A stretch of 64,000 nt of DNA from Thermodesulfovibrionales bacterium (GCA_963715195.1 CAVQRT010000030.1:32001-96000); one strand, 5' to 3'; positions 50,904 to 60,902 are shown, counted from the first letter of the stretch. Program-made: numbers and translations. The notes: generated by a model from the sequence alone, not told the origin.

Positions 50904-52340
50904 TTATTTTGGATGTCTGCTTCTGTAATCGTCAATATTCCTTGCCCAACCGCCTGGAACCTCTGATTCCTTGAAGAAGACGTAAGGATTAGACCGGGGT
51001 TCTTTCACCATCTGCGGCATTGCCGGAATCCCGAGCACTTCGATGAGTGTCTTCAAACCCATGCGCTGAATCAGTTCACCGAGACGCTCACGGTTCTTGC
51101 CTTCTTCTATCCACCAGTCATGGACCTTCCTGGCCAATGCCTGTTGGCTCTCAAACGGGTGTTTTGCGTACATGAAAGGAACGGTCAGAACTGACATCTG
51201 TGCGCCCTCCAAAATAGGCGCCTTTGCTCCAAGGAGGATGCTCACGCCTGAATCTTTTCCGACTCTCAATGCTTCCGGCATGGCATTGATGCAATGCATG
51301 CAACGGGTACATTCAGCGTTGTTGATCGAAAGTTTCTTCCCGTCCCATGTCATGCAACCGGTAGGGCAGAGGTCGATAATTTCTGACTTTATATCAAATG
51401 GCCCCCAGTTTGCGCCTGTCATACCGCCGCCATCACGGGGAATCTTGTCGGCTACATAGGCTTGGACAGCTTCCTGATTGATCCGGATATCGTCCTTCCA
51501 GGTGCCGATGAAAGCCATATCTGACCGGGCGATTGATGCAACGCAGCAATTCGAACACCCGTCAAACTTAAACTTAAATTTATACGGGAAAGCCGGCCTA
51601 TGTAATTCATCCTGGAAAGCCATGGTCATTTCATAACACATGGAAAGGGTATCGTAACACGCAAATTCACACCGTGCCGGACCGATACAGTCAGAAGGAG
51701 TCCGGAGGTTCGAACCAGAACCGCCGATATCATTTCCCAGATCATGTGTCAGGTCGAAAAATATCGGTTCCAACTGTTCTGTAGTAGTACCAAGCATGAC
51801 CATGTCACCGGTTGAACCATGCATATTTGTAATACCGCTCCCCCGGTATTCACAGATATCACAGAAGGCCCTCATATAATCAGTTGAATAGAATTTTGCA
51901 CTGGGTTGGTTGACTCTGACGGTATGAAAATGTGCGACAGAAGGAAACATCTGCTGCTGGTCGCAATAACGGCCGATAACTCCTCCACCGTAACCGAGGA
52001 CTCCAACAATCCCTCCATGTTTCCAGTGTGTCTCACCTTCCTTATAAGAAAGCTCAACCACACCTAACAAATCTTCTACAGCATCTGCTGGAATCAACAG
52101 GTTATCTTGTCCCAGCTTTTTTCTATGGAGAGCCTCTCTTTTGAGGTCACTGACAAAACTGGGCCACGGGCCTTTTTCCAGTTCATCTAACATTGGGGTA
52201 GCATGTTTTGGTTTGAAGGCTTTCAACTCATCTTCTGTGTAATTCTTTAAGTCCTTATCAGTGAAAATCCTCACATCATCATACTTTCTATGCTCTTTCT
52301 CTTCTTTATCCCACAGTTTCTCTTTTCCTGGGATTCCCAT
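50904..52340 (-). CDS. dsrA: Dissimilatory sulfite reductase alpha subunit
   Basis: TPMLDELEKGPWPSFV, THWKHGG, CIGPARC, HRPAFPYKFKFK, CTRCMHC. Confidence 0.98.
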   Translation of the reverse strand: MGIPGKEKLWDKEEKEHRKYDDVRIFTDKDLKNYTEDELKAFKPKHATPMLDELEKGPWPSFVSDLKREALHRKKLGQDNLLIPADAVEDLLGVVELSYKEGETHWKHGGIVGVLGYGGGVIGRYCDQQQMFPSVAHFHTVRVNQPSAKFYSTDYMRAFCDICEYRGSGITNMHGSTGDMVMLGTTTEQLEPIFFDLTHDLGNDIGGSGSNLRTPSDCIGPARCEFACYDTLSMCYEMTMAFQDELHRPAFPYKFKFKFDGCSNCCVASIARSDMAFIGTWKDDIRINQEAVQAYVADKIPRDGGGMTGANWGPFDIKSEIIDLCPTGCMTWDGKKLSINNAECTRCMHCINAMPEALRVGKDSGVSILLGAKAPILEGAQMSVLTVPFMYAKHPFESQQALARKVHDWWIEEGKNRERLGELIQRMGLKTLIEVLGIPAMPQMVKEPRSNPYVFFKESEVPGGWARNIDDYRSRHPK

Positions 52341-52495
52341 GTTATACCTCCTTCTAACGAGTTTTTAGTAAGATGCAGGCAAATAAAAGCAGAAATTTCG
52401 AGTTACTCTTCACCCCCTTCCTAACAGGGATATTTTTAGACATTTTTAGACGGAAATATGCCTCTTATTTTTTTTAAGACTTAAGAAGGTTGTTA

Positions 52496-52524
52496 ATGAT
52501 AATGAACTATTTGCTTTTTGTCAA
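52496..52524 (-). promoter_or_regulatory. sigma70 promoter of dsrA
   Basis: Minus strand TTGACA-17nt-TATCAT. Confidence 0.7.
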
Positions 52525-52600
52525 GTAAGGATTATTTATACAAAGATTAATTGCAATTAGACCACTCTGGAGAAAAATTTAAGCAAAAAGTAAATTTTAT

Positions 52601-53263
52601 TTACCTCGCAGTTTTTATCTTAATGAGAGCCTCTTCAGCCCAATTTCCGAGGGGCTTTTCGAAAAAATTTTCTCCAATGTAAATCTTAACTGGCTCGGTA
52701 CGGACACGCAATTTTTCAAGGGAAGGTACAGCGATAGCAAATCCTGCCTCTCCCATAGCCCATGCAGCAGTTCCAAGAACATCAACGTCGTCGCCGGTAA
52801 AAACCTCAAGTATCTCATCTTTGAAAGCCTTCAAGGACCCACCTATCAAGACTCCCAGTCTCCCGATGCCCCATAAGCAACCCTTCAGCAGGGGGGGTTC
52901 ATCAATGCAGTGGGCAACCATCATGCTTCCGTAAGGGGCAATCAACACCGGATTAATTGCGATAATCTCCGCGATAGTCTGTGCGGAACTCCACCCGATT
53001 CCCCCGGATTCATCGTTCAGGGACCAAAAAAGGGTCCTGATATAGATCCGGACCTTTTCCTCGTTCCCGGCATCCCACCACTGCTTCATGAGTTTCGCAA
53101 CAGTCTCGATTGCTGACCACCGCAGCACCTCATCCAGATCATACAGTCGGTAGCGAACCTCCTGCCAGTAATGCCTGTGTGTTTCACACAGTTCAAGGAG
53201 TCTCTGAAAGTCTCTTTTTCGCAGGAGATTCTCGACCTCACGCTTTATGATTGACTTGTGCAT
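52601..53263 (-). CDS. DVU0298-like HEAT-repeat protein
   Basis: RTLFWSLNDESGGIGW, LWGIGRLG, AAWAMG. Confidence 0.8.
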   Translation of the reverse strand: MHKSIIKREVENLLRKRDFQRLLELCETHRHYWQEVRYRLYDLDEVLRWSAIETVAKLMKQWWDAGNEEKVRIYIRTLFWSLNDESGGIGWSSAQTIAEIIAINPVLIAPYGSMMVAHCIDEPPLLKGCLWGIGRLGVLIGGSLKAFKDEILEVFTGDDVDVLGTAAWAMGEAGFAIAVPSLEKLRVRTEPVKIYIGENFFEKPLGNWAEEALIKIKTAR

Positions 53264-53302
53264 AGTGAATTCTGCCCCAATTGTCAAATATTGTTCCTAC
53301 AT

Positions 53303-53400
53303 TGTCATGCCCGCTTGGCGGGAATCCTTCTGATTCCCCCTTCGATAGGGGTATAAGGGGGTTATTTCATAGGAAAGATTCCGGCCAAGCCGGAATGACA
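53303..53400 (+). repeat. REP-like GTCAT...GGAATGAC element with nested CCCCCTT/AGGGG half-element
   Basis: Ends AAAGATTCCGGCCAAGCCGGAATGACA. Confidence 0.8.
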
Positions 53401-53478
53401 GGTTCAACGAAATATGACAGAAAAGCCGTATTTTCTGCTTACATTTCCATTACGCAAAGTGCTATACTTTTCGAGTTT

Positions 53479-55752
53479 ATGAATCAGAAACACCGCATGT
53501 CCATTATGACATTATTTCTGAAAATTCTCTCCTGTTTCCTGATAACAATTTTTTCCGCTGTGCTTCTTTATGCAGAGGCACTGCCTCTCATTAACTCAAT
53601 CGAGATACGGGGTCTTAAAAGAATCGATGAAAACGCCGTGAAAAGCAAGATCACCCAAAGACAGGGAGAAGCCATATCACAGGAAAAAACCAATGAAGAT
53701 ATCAAAAATATCTATAAGCTCGGATATTTTGACGATGTTCGGGCAGAAATCGAGCCGTTCGAGGGCGGGATAAAGCTGATATATGTGGTCAAGGAAAAGC
53801 CTACCATTGTCAAGATCGAACTTCAGGGCAACGATGAATTTGACGATGCCAAATTGAAAGAAAAGATGACCATAACATCAGGTGCCATAGCAGATGCAGT
53901 CCTCATTCAGGACAATGCTGCCAAACTCAGGGCATTTTATGAAGAAGAAGGATACTGGCTTTCCCATATCGTCCCGGTCATCAGGGTAATCAGTCCGGAT
54001 GAAGTGACCCTGACCTATCAGATTGAAGAGGGGAACAAGGTAAAAATCAAAAAAATCATTATTGAAGGCAACAAGGTGTTCTCTGCAAAAAAGATCAAAG
54101 GGGTTATGGACACCAAAGAACGGGGCTTGTTCTCTTTCATCACGTCCTCAGGGTATTACAAGAAGGAACAAATGGACATTGACATCGAAAAGATAAAGGA
54201 CCTCTATTTCAATAACGGATATATAAAAGTGGCCCTTGGTGAACCGCAGATTCAGCTGACCGATGACAGGAAGGGGATGTTTATAACGATACCAATTTCG
54301 GAGGGACAGCAGTATAAAATCTCCTCGATCGAACTGACCGGCAATACCGTATTCCCTGACGACGCCGTAAGAAAAAGGATAACGATGCTTCCTGACGAAC
54401 CGTTCAGTAAGGAAAAGTTACGGAAGGATATTTTTTCAATCTCTGAACTGTATTCAGAGACCGGGTATGCTTTGATCACCATTAATCCCGACGTAGTTCC
54501 CGATGAAAGCAAAAAGCTGGTCAAACTCGTCCTGAATATCAGTGAAGGGGACAGATATAGAATTGGGCGCATAGAGATTTCGGGAAATACAAAAACAAGG
54601 GATAAAGTTATCCGGAGAGAAGTCAGGCTGGATGAAGGGGATATTTTCAACAGTGCTCTCATAAAGAGAAGTTACGAGAGGATCAACAATCTGAACTTTT
54701 TCGAATCGGTCGAATTAAATCCCAAACCGCAGCCTGAGGAAAAACTGGTTAATCTCGATATTTCGGTAAAAGAGAGACCGACCGGTTTTTTCAGCGTCGG
54801 AGGCGGTTACAGCTCTGTTGAACAGTTCATTGCCATGGTGGAACTGACCCAGGGCAATCTGTTCGGCAAGGGACAGTTTGTAAAACTGCGGGCAGAGCTG
54901 GGCGGCAGAACAACGCTGTATGATATTTCCTTTAAAGACCCGTGGTTTATGGACAAACCTCTCTCGTTTTCAACAAACGTTTACAAGTTGACGAGGGAAT
55001 ATATTGATTATGATAAAGATGCAACCGGCTTCAGCATCTCTTTGGGCAAGAGGTTTTCTGAATACTGGTGGACGGATATTTTATACAATTTTGAGGATGC
55101 AGAAATATCCAATGTGTCTGATGATGCTTCCGTCGTAATAAAAGACCAGGAAGGCTCAAGCACAACCAGCAGTATTACCCCCTCCATTGTGAGAGATTCA
55201 CGTGACAATTATCTCGACCCGCGGAGGGGTTCGAGGAATTCCCTATATACGACCTTTGCCGGATTGGGCGGTACCAATAAATTTATTAAGGGGGGAATTG
55301 ATTCTGCATGGTATTTTCCTGTCTACAGTTCATCAGTGATGTTGAGAGGGAGGTTTGGTTATGCAACAGGCTATAGCGGTCAGGAACTCCCCTTGTATGA
55401 GAGATTCTATGTCGGCGGTATTTATACGGTGCGAGGACTGGGATACGGCGAAGCCGGCCCGAAGGATGAAGGTACAGACGACCCGATAGGAGGAACTGAG
55501 GAACTCATCTTCAATCTTGAATACATCTTTCCGCTTCTCAGTGAAATCCGATTGAAAGGTGTTCTGTTTTTTGACGCAGGAAATTCATATGAATCATTCG
55601 AAAATTTCCCCGAGCTGCGATATACTACAGGGGCAGGGGTGAGATGGATTTCACCCATGGGTCCCATACGACTGGAATGGGGCTACAATCTCGACAGGAA
55701 ACCCGGGGAGAAATCCAGTAGGTTTGAATTCGCATTTGGAACATTTTTTTAA
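53479..55752 (+). CDS. bamA: Outer-membrane assembly factor BamA
   Basis: POTRA repeats (GNTKTRDKVIRRE), VRGLG, SPMGPIRL, terminal F; start approximate. Confidence 0.96.
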   Translation: MNQKHRMSIMTLFLKILSCFLITIFSAVLLYAEALPLINSIEIRGLKRIDENAVKSKITQRQGEAISQEKTNEDIKNIYKLGYFDDVRAEIEPFEGGIKLIYVVKEKPTIVKIELQGNDEFDDAKLKEKMTITSGAIADAVLIQDNAAKLRAFYEEEGYWLSHIVPVIRVISPDEVTLTYQIEEGNKVKIKKIIIEGNKVFSAKKIKGVMDTKERGLFSFITSSGYYKKEQMDIDIEKIKDLYFNNGYIKVALGEPQIQLTDDRKGMFITIPISEGQQYKISSIELTGNTVFPDDAVRKRITMLPDEPFSKEKLRKDIFSISELYSETGYALITINPDVVPDESKKLVKLVLNISEGDRYRIGRIEISGNTKTRDKVIRREVRLDEGDIFNSALIKRSYERINNLNFFESVELNPKPQPEEKLVNLDISVKERPTGFFSVGGGYSSVEQFIAMVELTQGNLFGKGQFVKLRAELGGRTTLYDISFKDPWFMDKPLSFSTNVYKLTREYIDYDKDATGFSISLGKRFSEYWWTDILYNFEDAEISNVSDDASVVIKDQEGSSTTSSITPSIVRDSRDNYLDPRRGSRNSLYTTFAGLGGTNKFIKGGIDSAWYFPVYSSSVMLRGRFGYATGYSGQELPLYERFYVGGIYTVRGLGYGEAGPKDEGTDDPIGGTEELIFNLEYIFPLLSEIRLKGVLFFDAGNSYESFENFPELRYTTGAGVRWISPMGPIRLEWGYNLDRKPGEKSSRFEFAFGTFF

Positions 55753-55780
55753 CAAATATCATTACCACCAAGGAGGATAT

Positions 55781-56329
55781 ATGAGCAAAGTATTTCTGGG
55801 AGGGATGCTAGCGTGCTCTTTGATGCTTGCTGCCATTCTGGTCTCACCTGTTCCGTCGCACTCTGAAGATGCCGTTAAGTTTGGGTCCATCGATGTACAA
55901 AAGGTTCTGAATGAATCTGAAGCCGGTAGAAAAGCGAAAACCGATCTTGAAGGGTTAATTAAATCAAAGCAAATTTCGATTGATGAAAAGGGGAAAGCAA
56001 TCGAAAAAATGAAGGCTGATCTTGAAAAACAGGCGTCTGTATTGTCCGCCGAAGCAAGAAAGAATAAAGAAGAAGAGCTCGAAAAGTCGGTAAGGGAGTA
56101 CCAGCGGCTTGTCCAGGATTCACAGGCAGAAATTAAGAAAAAAGAAGCAGAACTGACCGAGACTATTCTGAAAGAGATTAAGGATCTGGTCGAAAAGACG
56201 GGTGAAGAGAACGTTTATACGATCATCTTCGAAAAAGGAATGGTTCTCTATTCCAGTAAAGGCATCGATATCACGGATACCATCCTGAAAAAATATGATG
56301 AAGTAAAAGCAAAACCTGCCAAGGAGTGA
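55781..56329 (+). CDS. skp: Skp/OmpH chaperone
   Basis: Signal peptide, IDVQKVLNESEAG, coiled coil, DITD; between bamA and lpxD. Confidence 0.92.
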   Translation: MSKVFLGGMLACSLMLAAILVSPVPSHSEDAVKFGSIDVQKVLNESEAGRKAKTDLEGLIKSKQISIDEKGKAIEKMKADLEKQASVLSAEARKNKEEELEKSVREYQRLVQDSQAEIKKKEAELTETILKEIKDLVEKTGEENVYTIIFEKGMVLYSSKGIDITDTILKKYDEVKAKPAKE

Positions 56330-57348
56330 AACTCTCGGAAATCGCATCTCTTCTGCACGGTGAGATCTTTGGTGATTCTACCCTCGAAATTAAGGGGATA
56401 ACGGGGATCAAAGAGGCCAGGGAGGGAGATATTACCTTCCTATCAGGAAAACGTCATGTGAAAGACCTCCCGCTCTGCAGGGCTTCATGCATCATTGTTC
56501 AGGAGCGTCTGCATGATCTTGCACTCACCCAACTGAAAGTTGCAAATCCCTATCTTGCGTATGCACGACTGCTCGAACATTTTTACGGTAAACCGCTGAA
56601 GCCTTTCGGGGTGAGCAAGGATGCAACAATATCAGATAAGGCACGAATAGCTTCGAATGTTTCCATTTCCCCTTTCTCATACATTGCTGATGGTGTTTCT
56701 GTCGGGGACGGGTCCGTCATTTATCCCTTTGTTTTCGTCGGCGAAAACACCGTCATCGGCGAACAGTGCACAGTCTATCCGAATGTGACGCTGCGGGAAG
56801 GGGTAACTATTGGGAACAGAGTTATCATTCATTCAGGATCAGTCATAGGATGTGACGGTTTTGGCTACGTATTCCATGAAGGCAGGCATTACAAGATTCC
56901 CCAGGTTGGCGGCGTCATTATCGGGGACGACGTTGAGATTGGCTCCAATGTCACAATCGACCGGGCAACAACAGGCAATACCGCAATCGGAGCCGGCACG
57001 AAAATAGATAACCTCGTGCAGATCGGACACAATGTAACTATCGGAAACAACTCCATTATTGTTGCACAGGTAGGTATCGGAGGCAGCACGGTAATAGGCG
57101 ATTACGTGACACTTGCTGGACAGGCAGGGATTGCCGATCACGTTGAGATAGCATCAGAGACAATCATCGGTGCTCAGTCCGGGGTTATGGGAAAAGTTGC
57201 AAAAGGCGCATATTCCGGCTCGCCTGCAATGCCTCATAGAGAATGGCTCAAAGCGCAGGCTGTTTTTGCGAAGCTCCCGGAACTCCATAGGAGAATAAAA
57301 GCGCTTGAGGATAAGTTCAAGGAACTTGAAAGGAGGAATGTCGAATGA
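56326..57348 (+). CDS. lpxD: UDP-3-O-acyl-glucosamine N-acyltransferase
   Basis: Hexapeptide repeats, DGFGY, KIPQVG, KIDNLVQIGHN. Confidence 0.96.
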   Translation: MKLSEIASLLHGEIFGDSTLEIKGITGIKEAREGDITFLSGKRHVKDLPLCRASCIIVQERLHDLALTQLKVANPYLAYARLLEHFYGKPLKPFGVSKDATISDKARIASNVSISPFSYIADGVSVGDGSVIYPFVFVGENTVIGEQCTVYPNVTLREGVTIGNRVIIHSGSVIGCDGFGYVFHEGRHYKIPQVGGVIIGDDVEIGSNVTIDRATTGNTAIGAGTKIDNLVQIGHNVTIGNNSIIVAQVGIGGSTVIGDYVTLAGQAGIADHVEIASETIIGAQSGVMGKVAKGAYSGSPAMPHREWLKAQAVFAKLPELHRRIKALEDKFKELERRNVE

Positions 57349-57779
57349 TGCATATCAAGGATATTCAGAAACTCTTGCCGCACAGATACCCTTTTCTCAT
57401 GGTCGACAGAGTCATAGAAATAGACCTTGGCAAGAGAATCGTCGGGATAAAAAACCTGAGCATCAACGAGGAGTTTTTTCAGGGACATTTTCCGGGCAAC
57501 CCGATTATGCCGGGTGTCCTGATCGTTGAAGCACTGGCCCAGGTGGCAGCAATCCTTGCCCTGAAGTCAGGCGCTCCGGAGGGCCAACCTATATATTTCA
57601 TGAGTATTGAGAAGGCAAAATTCAGGAGACCGGTCGTCCCGGGTGATCAGCTCCGATTGGAAGTTTCGATACTGCAGAGCAGAGGAAATGTCTGGAAATT
57701 TTCGGGCAATGCAGTGGTTAAAGACAAGGTTGTCGCACAGGCTGAATTCACTGCGATGGTGACGGACAGGGAGATATAA
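57345..57779 (+). CDS. fabZ: 3-hydroxyacyl-ACP dehydratase
   Basis: LPHRYPFL, GHFPGNPIMPGVL.EALAQ. Confidence 0.97.
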   Translation: MMHIKDIQKLLPHRYPFLMVDRVIEIDLGKRIVGIKNLSINEEFFQGHFPGNPIMPGVLIVEALAQVAAILALKSGAPEGQPIYFMSIEKAKFRRPVVPGDQLRLEVSILQSRGNVWKFSGNAVVKDKVVAQAEFTAMVTDREI

Positions 57780-57782
57780 ACT

Positions 57783-58562
57783 ATGGGGAAAGAAATACAT
57801 CCAACTTCGATCATATCGCCTGGAGCAGAGATAGCAGAAGATACCTATATCGGTCCCTTCTGCATCATTCACGATAAGGTGCGTCTCGGAAAGGGGTCGA
57901 GGCTTATCTCGAATGTAATCATCGAGGGCGCTACCGAGATAGGGGAGAACTGTACGGTCTATCCGTTCACCAGTATCGGGCTGCCACCCCAGGATATGAA
58001 ATACAAAGGGGAAGAAACAGGAGTCACAATCGGCAGTCAGAATACGATCCGTGAATATGTGACCATTCACAGGGCATCGGTGAGCGGAGATGGAATTACC
58101 TCCATCGGCGATGGTAACTTTCTTATGGCATATGTTCATATTGCCCACGACTGCAAGATCGGCAATTCTGTCATTATGGCAAATCTTGCCACTCTCGCAG
58201 GCCATGTGTCTGTCGGGGATCATGCCGTCGTCGGCGGACTCGTGGCAATACACCAGTTTACCCGCATCGGCGCATATGCGATGGTCGGCGGATTCAGCGG
58301 AGTGGGACAGGATATCCCCCCGTATATGATAGCCTCCGGTGCACGGGTTAAACTCTTCGGCCTCAACACCGTCGGAATGAAGCGCCATGGATTCCCGGAT
58401 TCAACCGTCAATGAACTCAAGAAAGCATATAAAATTCTCTTCAGGGAAAAAAGGACATTAAAAGGCGCTATCAAAAAGATACAGGAAGATCTCCCGTATA
58501 CGGATGAGATAAAGCATCTCATAGAGTTCATCCAGAAAAACAAAAGAGGCATCTGTCGGTAG
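57783..58562 (+). CDS. lpxA: UDP-N-acetylglucosamine O-acyltransferase
   Basis: PQDMKY, HIAHDC, LAGHV, HQF. Confidence 0.97.
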   Translation: MGKEIHPTSIISPGAEIAEDTYIGPFCIIHDKVRLGKGSRLISNVIIEGATEIGENCTVYPFTSIGLPPQDMKYKGEETGVTIGSQNTIREYVTIHRASVSGDGITSIGDGNFLMAYVHIAHDCKIGNSVIMANLATLAGHVSVGDHAVVGGLVAIHQFTRIGAYAMVGGFSGVGQDIPPYMIASGARVKLFGLNTVGMKRHGFPDSTVNELKKAYKILFREKRTLKGAIKKIQEDLPYTDEIKHLIEFIQKNKRGICR

Positions 58563-58632
58563 TTGAAGTTTACGTGCCTGGTAACTACGTTACGACATTG
58601 CGCTATTATTTATTTTACAGAACAAACATTTC

Positions 58633-58692
58633 TGTGATCCCGACTTGTTCGGGATCCTTCATAAGAAAGATTCCGGCTCGGCCGGAATGACA
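58633..58692 (+). repeat. REP-like element
   Basis: GATCCCGA..TCGGGATC plus GATTCCGGCTCGGCCGGAATGACA. Confidence 0.75.
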
Positions 58693-58715
58693 GCAAAATA
58701 CCAAAGACCTTTTCA

Positions 58716-59525
58716 ATGAAAAAACTCGGTCTCATTGCAGGGAAAGGTGACCTCCCGATGGCTGTCGCCGATGAGGCAAAAAAGCAGGGGTATACCGTTG
58801 TCGCGGTCGGCCTTGAGCCGCTCGCTGACAAATCACTTGCAGCGCATGTTGATGAGTTACAGTGGGTAAATGTTGGCAGGTTCGGAAAGATTATTGGTGC
58901 TATGAAGAAGTTTGATATCAGGGAAGCGGTAATGGCTGGCAAGGTTTCGAAAATGCTTCTTTACAAGAGCAAAATTACTCCCGACTTGCGGGCCGTGAAA
59001 CTCCTCATGTCCCTGAAAGACAGAAAAGACGATTCGATACTCCTGGCTATTGCGGACGAACTTTCACGGGAAGGCATCCAACTTCTCGACATCCTCCCTT
59101 TCAGTTCAGCCCTGCTGGTTTCCAGGGAAGTCCTGACAAAAGATGCTCCTTCTGATCAGGAGTGGAAAGATATTGCGTTCGGCTGGAAGGTTGCGAAGGA
59201 GATCGGGAGACTGGACATCGGTCAGACGGTCGTTGTCAAAAATCAGGCCGTGATGGCAGTTGAAGCAATTGAGGGCACTGATGAGGCTATCAGACGGGGA
59301 GGAACCCTTGCGGGGAAGGATGCGGTTGTCGTTAAAGTCAGTAAACCAAATCAGGATATGAGGTTTGATGTTCCGGCAATCGGATTGGATACCGTAACGG
59401 CAATGAAAGGAGTTCATGCACGGGTTCTCGCTGTTGAAGCCGACAAATGTCTCGTCCTGAACAAAGAGCGGATTTTCGCTGAGGCAAAATCAGCCGGCAT
59501 TTCCATCGTGGGGTATGGTGAATAA
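58716..59525 (+). CDS. lpxI: UDP-2,3-diacylglucosamine pyrophosphatase LpxI
   Basis: GLIAGKGDLP, DIGQTVVV, AVEAIEGTD, KPNQDMRFDVP. Confidence 0.92.
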   Translation: MKKLGLIAGKGDLPMAVADEAKKQGYTVVAVGLEPLADKSLAAHVDELQWVNVGRFGKIIGAMKKFDIREAVMAGKVSKMLLYKSKITPDLRAVKLLMSLKDRKDDSILLAIADELSREGIQLLDILPFSSALLVSREVLTKDAPSDQEWKDIAFGWKVAKEIGRLDIGQTVVVKNQAVMAVEAIEGTDEAIRRGGTLAGKDAVVVKVSKPNQDMRFDVPAIGLDTVTAMKGVHARVLAVEADKCLVLNKERIFAEAKSAGISIVGYGE

Positions 59526-59548
59526 TTTTTTGTATCAAGTCTTCTCGT

Positions 59549-60886
59549 TTACTCCTTCAGCCCTGCCTTCTTAAGGTTTGCAACAACAACAAGAATATAC
59601 TTTTCCGGATCAAGATATTTTCGCGCAACCCGGAGCACATCCTCTTTTGTCACCGCATTGATGTAACCAGCATATTTTTCTGCGTAATCCCCCCCGAGTT
59701 TATAGAATTCTACAGCGGCAAGAAAATCAGCAATTTTTCTGTTCGTGTCAAGCCTCCTCGGGAAACTGCCGGTCAGATAAGCCTGTGCCTCTGAGAGCTC
59801 TTCATCCGAAACAGGTTCTTTTCTGATCTGTTCAAGCTGCCTGCGTATCTCATCAATCGCAATGGATGCTGATTCATTTTTCGTCTGCACGCCGACCCTG
59901 AAGGTACCGGATTCCTTATTCGCTGCAAAAAAACTGTGCACATCGTATGCAAGTCCCTTATCATCTCTGATTGATTGCATGAGTCGTGATGAAAATCCTC
60001 CGCCGCCAAGGGTATAGTTCATTACAGAAACTGCATAATAATCAGGATTCTCCCTGTTGATGCCGATATGCCCCAGAATGATATTTGCCTGTGTGAGGTC
60101 CTTATCAATTTTGACCACTTTTTTCATCCTCTTATCCTCAAGCTTCATTGCAGGCTTTGCAAGCAGTGTCCTCATCTTCCATCCACCAAGATATTCCTTC
60201 AGTAACAAGGTTAACTCATCAGATGTCAGGTCCCCGGAAACCGACAATATCGAGTTGTTCGGCAGAAAATATTCCGCATGAAACCCAATGAGATCTTCTC
60301 GTGTTATCGAATCAAGGGTCGCCGGAGATCCTTCTGTGAGCCTCCCGTAGGGATGATTCCCGAATACCTCTTTTTTAAACGCCCGCTCCGCAAGAAAGGA
60401 CGGGTCTTCCTCCTGCTGTTTCAGGAACCCCTTTATCCGTTCCCTGACTCTCCCAATTTCGCTCTCCGGGAAATTCGGATTCAGAAGAATATCAGAAAAG
60501 ATTTCAAAACCTGTAGGGAGATCTTTTTTCAGGACAGATAAGGATATGCTCGTAAAATCTTCGCCGGCAGATGCATCAAGTGATGCTCCGATAAAATCTA
60601 TCTGCTCACTGATATCCTTTGAAGAACGGCTTTTAGTACCTTCTGCAAGCAGTTCTGCTGCAAGGTTTGCGGTCCCTGCTTTCTCTGCCGGTTCATGAAG
60701 CTGGCCTGCTTTTACAATGAGCGTTACCATCACAATGGGCAGATTGTGGTTTTCAGAGTGCAAAACGATGAGGCCATTCGGAAGCTGCGTTCTCTTCGCA
60801 TCAAGAGCGATGGCATGATCTAAAGACAAGATGAAAAATGTGAAAAGAAAAAAGAATAAAAGAATAAATATGTTTAACTTTTTCAT
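59549..60886 (-). CDS. M16 (pitrilysin) family protein, non-catalytic subunit
   Basis: LPNGL, GGGGFSSRL..IR..GLAY; HxxEH replaced by NLAAE. Confidence 0.9.
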   Translation of the reverse strand: MKKLNIFILLFFFLFTFFILSLDHAIALDAKRTQLPNGLIVLHSENHNLPIVMVTLIVKAGQLHEPAEKAGTANLAAELLAEGTKSRSSKDISEQIDFIGASLDASAGEDFTSISLSVLKKDLPTGFEIFSDILLNPNFPESEIGRVRERIKGFLKQQEEDPSFLAERAFKKEVFGNHPYGRLTEGSPATLDSITREDLIGFHAEYFLPNNSILSVSGDLTSDELTLLLKEYLGGWKMRTLLAKPAMKLEDKRMKKVVKIDKDLTQANIILGHIGINRENPDYYAVSVMNYTLGGGGFSSRLMQSIRDDKGLAYDVHSFFAANKESGTFRVGVQTKNESASIAIDEIRRQLEQIRKEPVSDEELSEAQAYLTGSFPRRLDTNRKIADFLAAVEFYKLGGDYAEKYAGYINAVTKEDVLRVARKYLDPEKYILVVVANLKKAGLKE

Positions 60887-60902
60887 TGTCAATCAAAGAA
60901 TT

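Noticed and set aside
52340..52600. Rex operator upstream of dsrA
   Set aside because: No TTGTGAA-N4-TTCACAA-like palindrome found
53281..53478. 66-aa N-terminal extension of BamA in the ORF track
   Set aside because: It is the translation of the intergenic repeat (RKDSGQAGMT also appears in the spurious ORF at 60831); the signal peptide starts later
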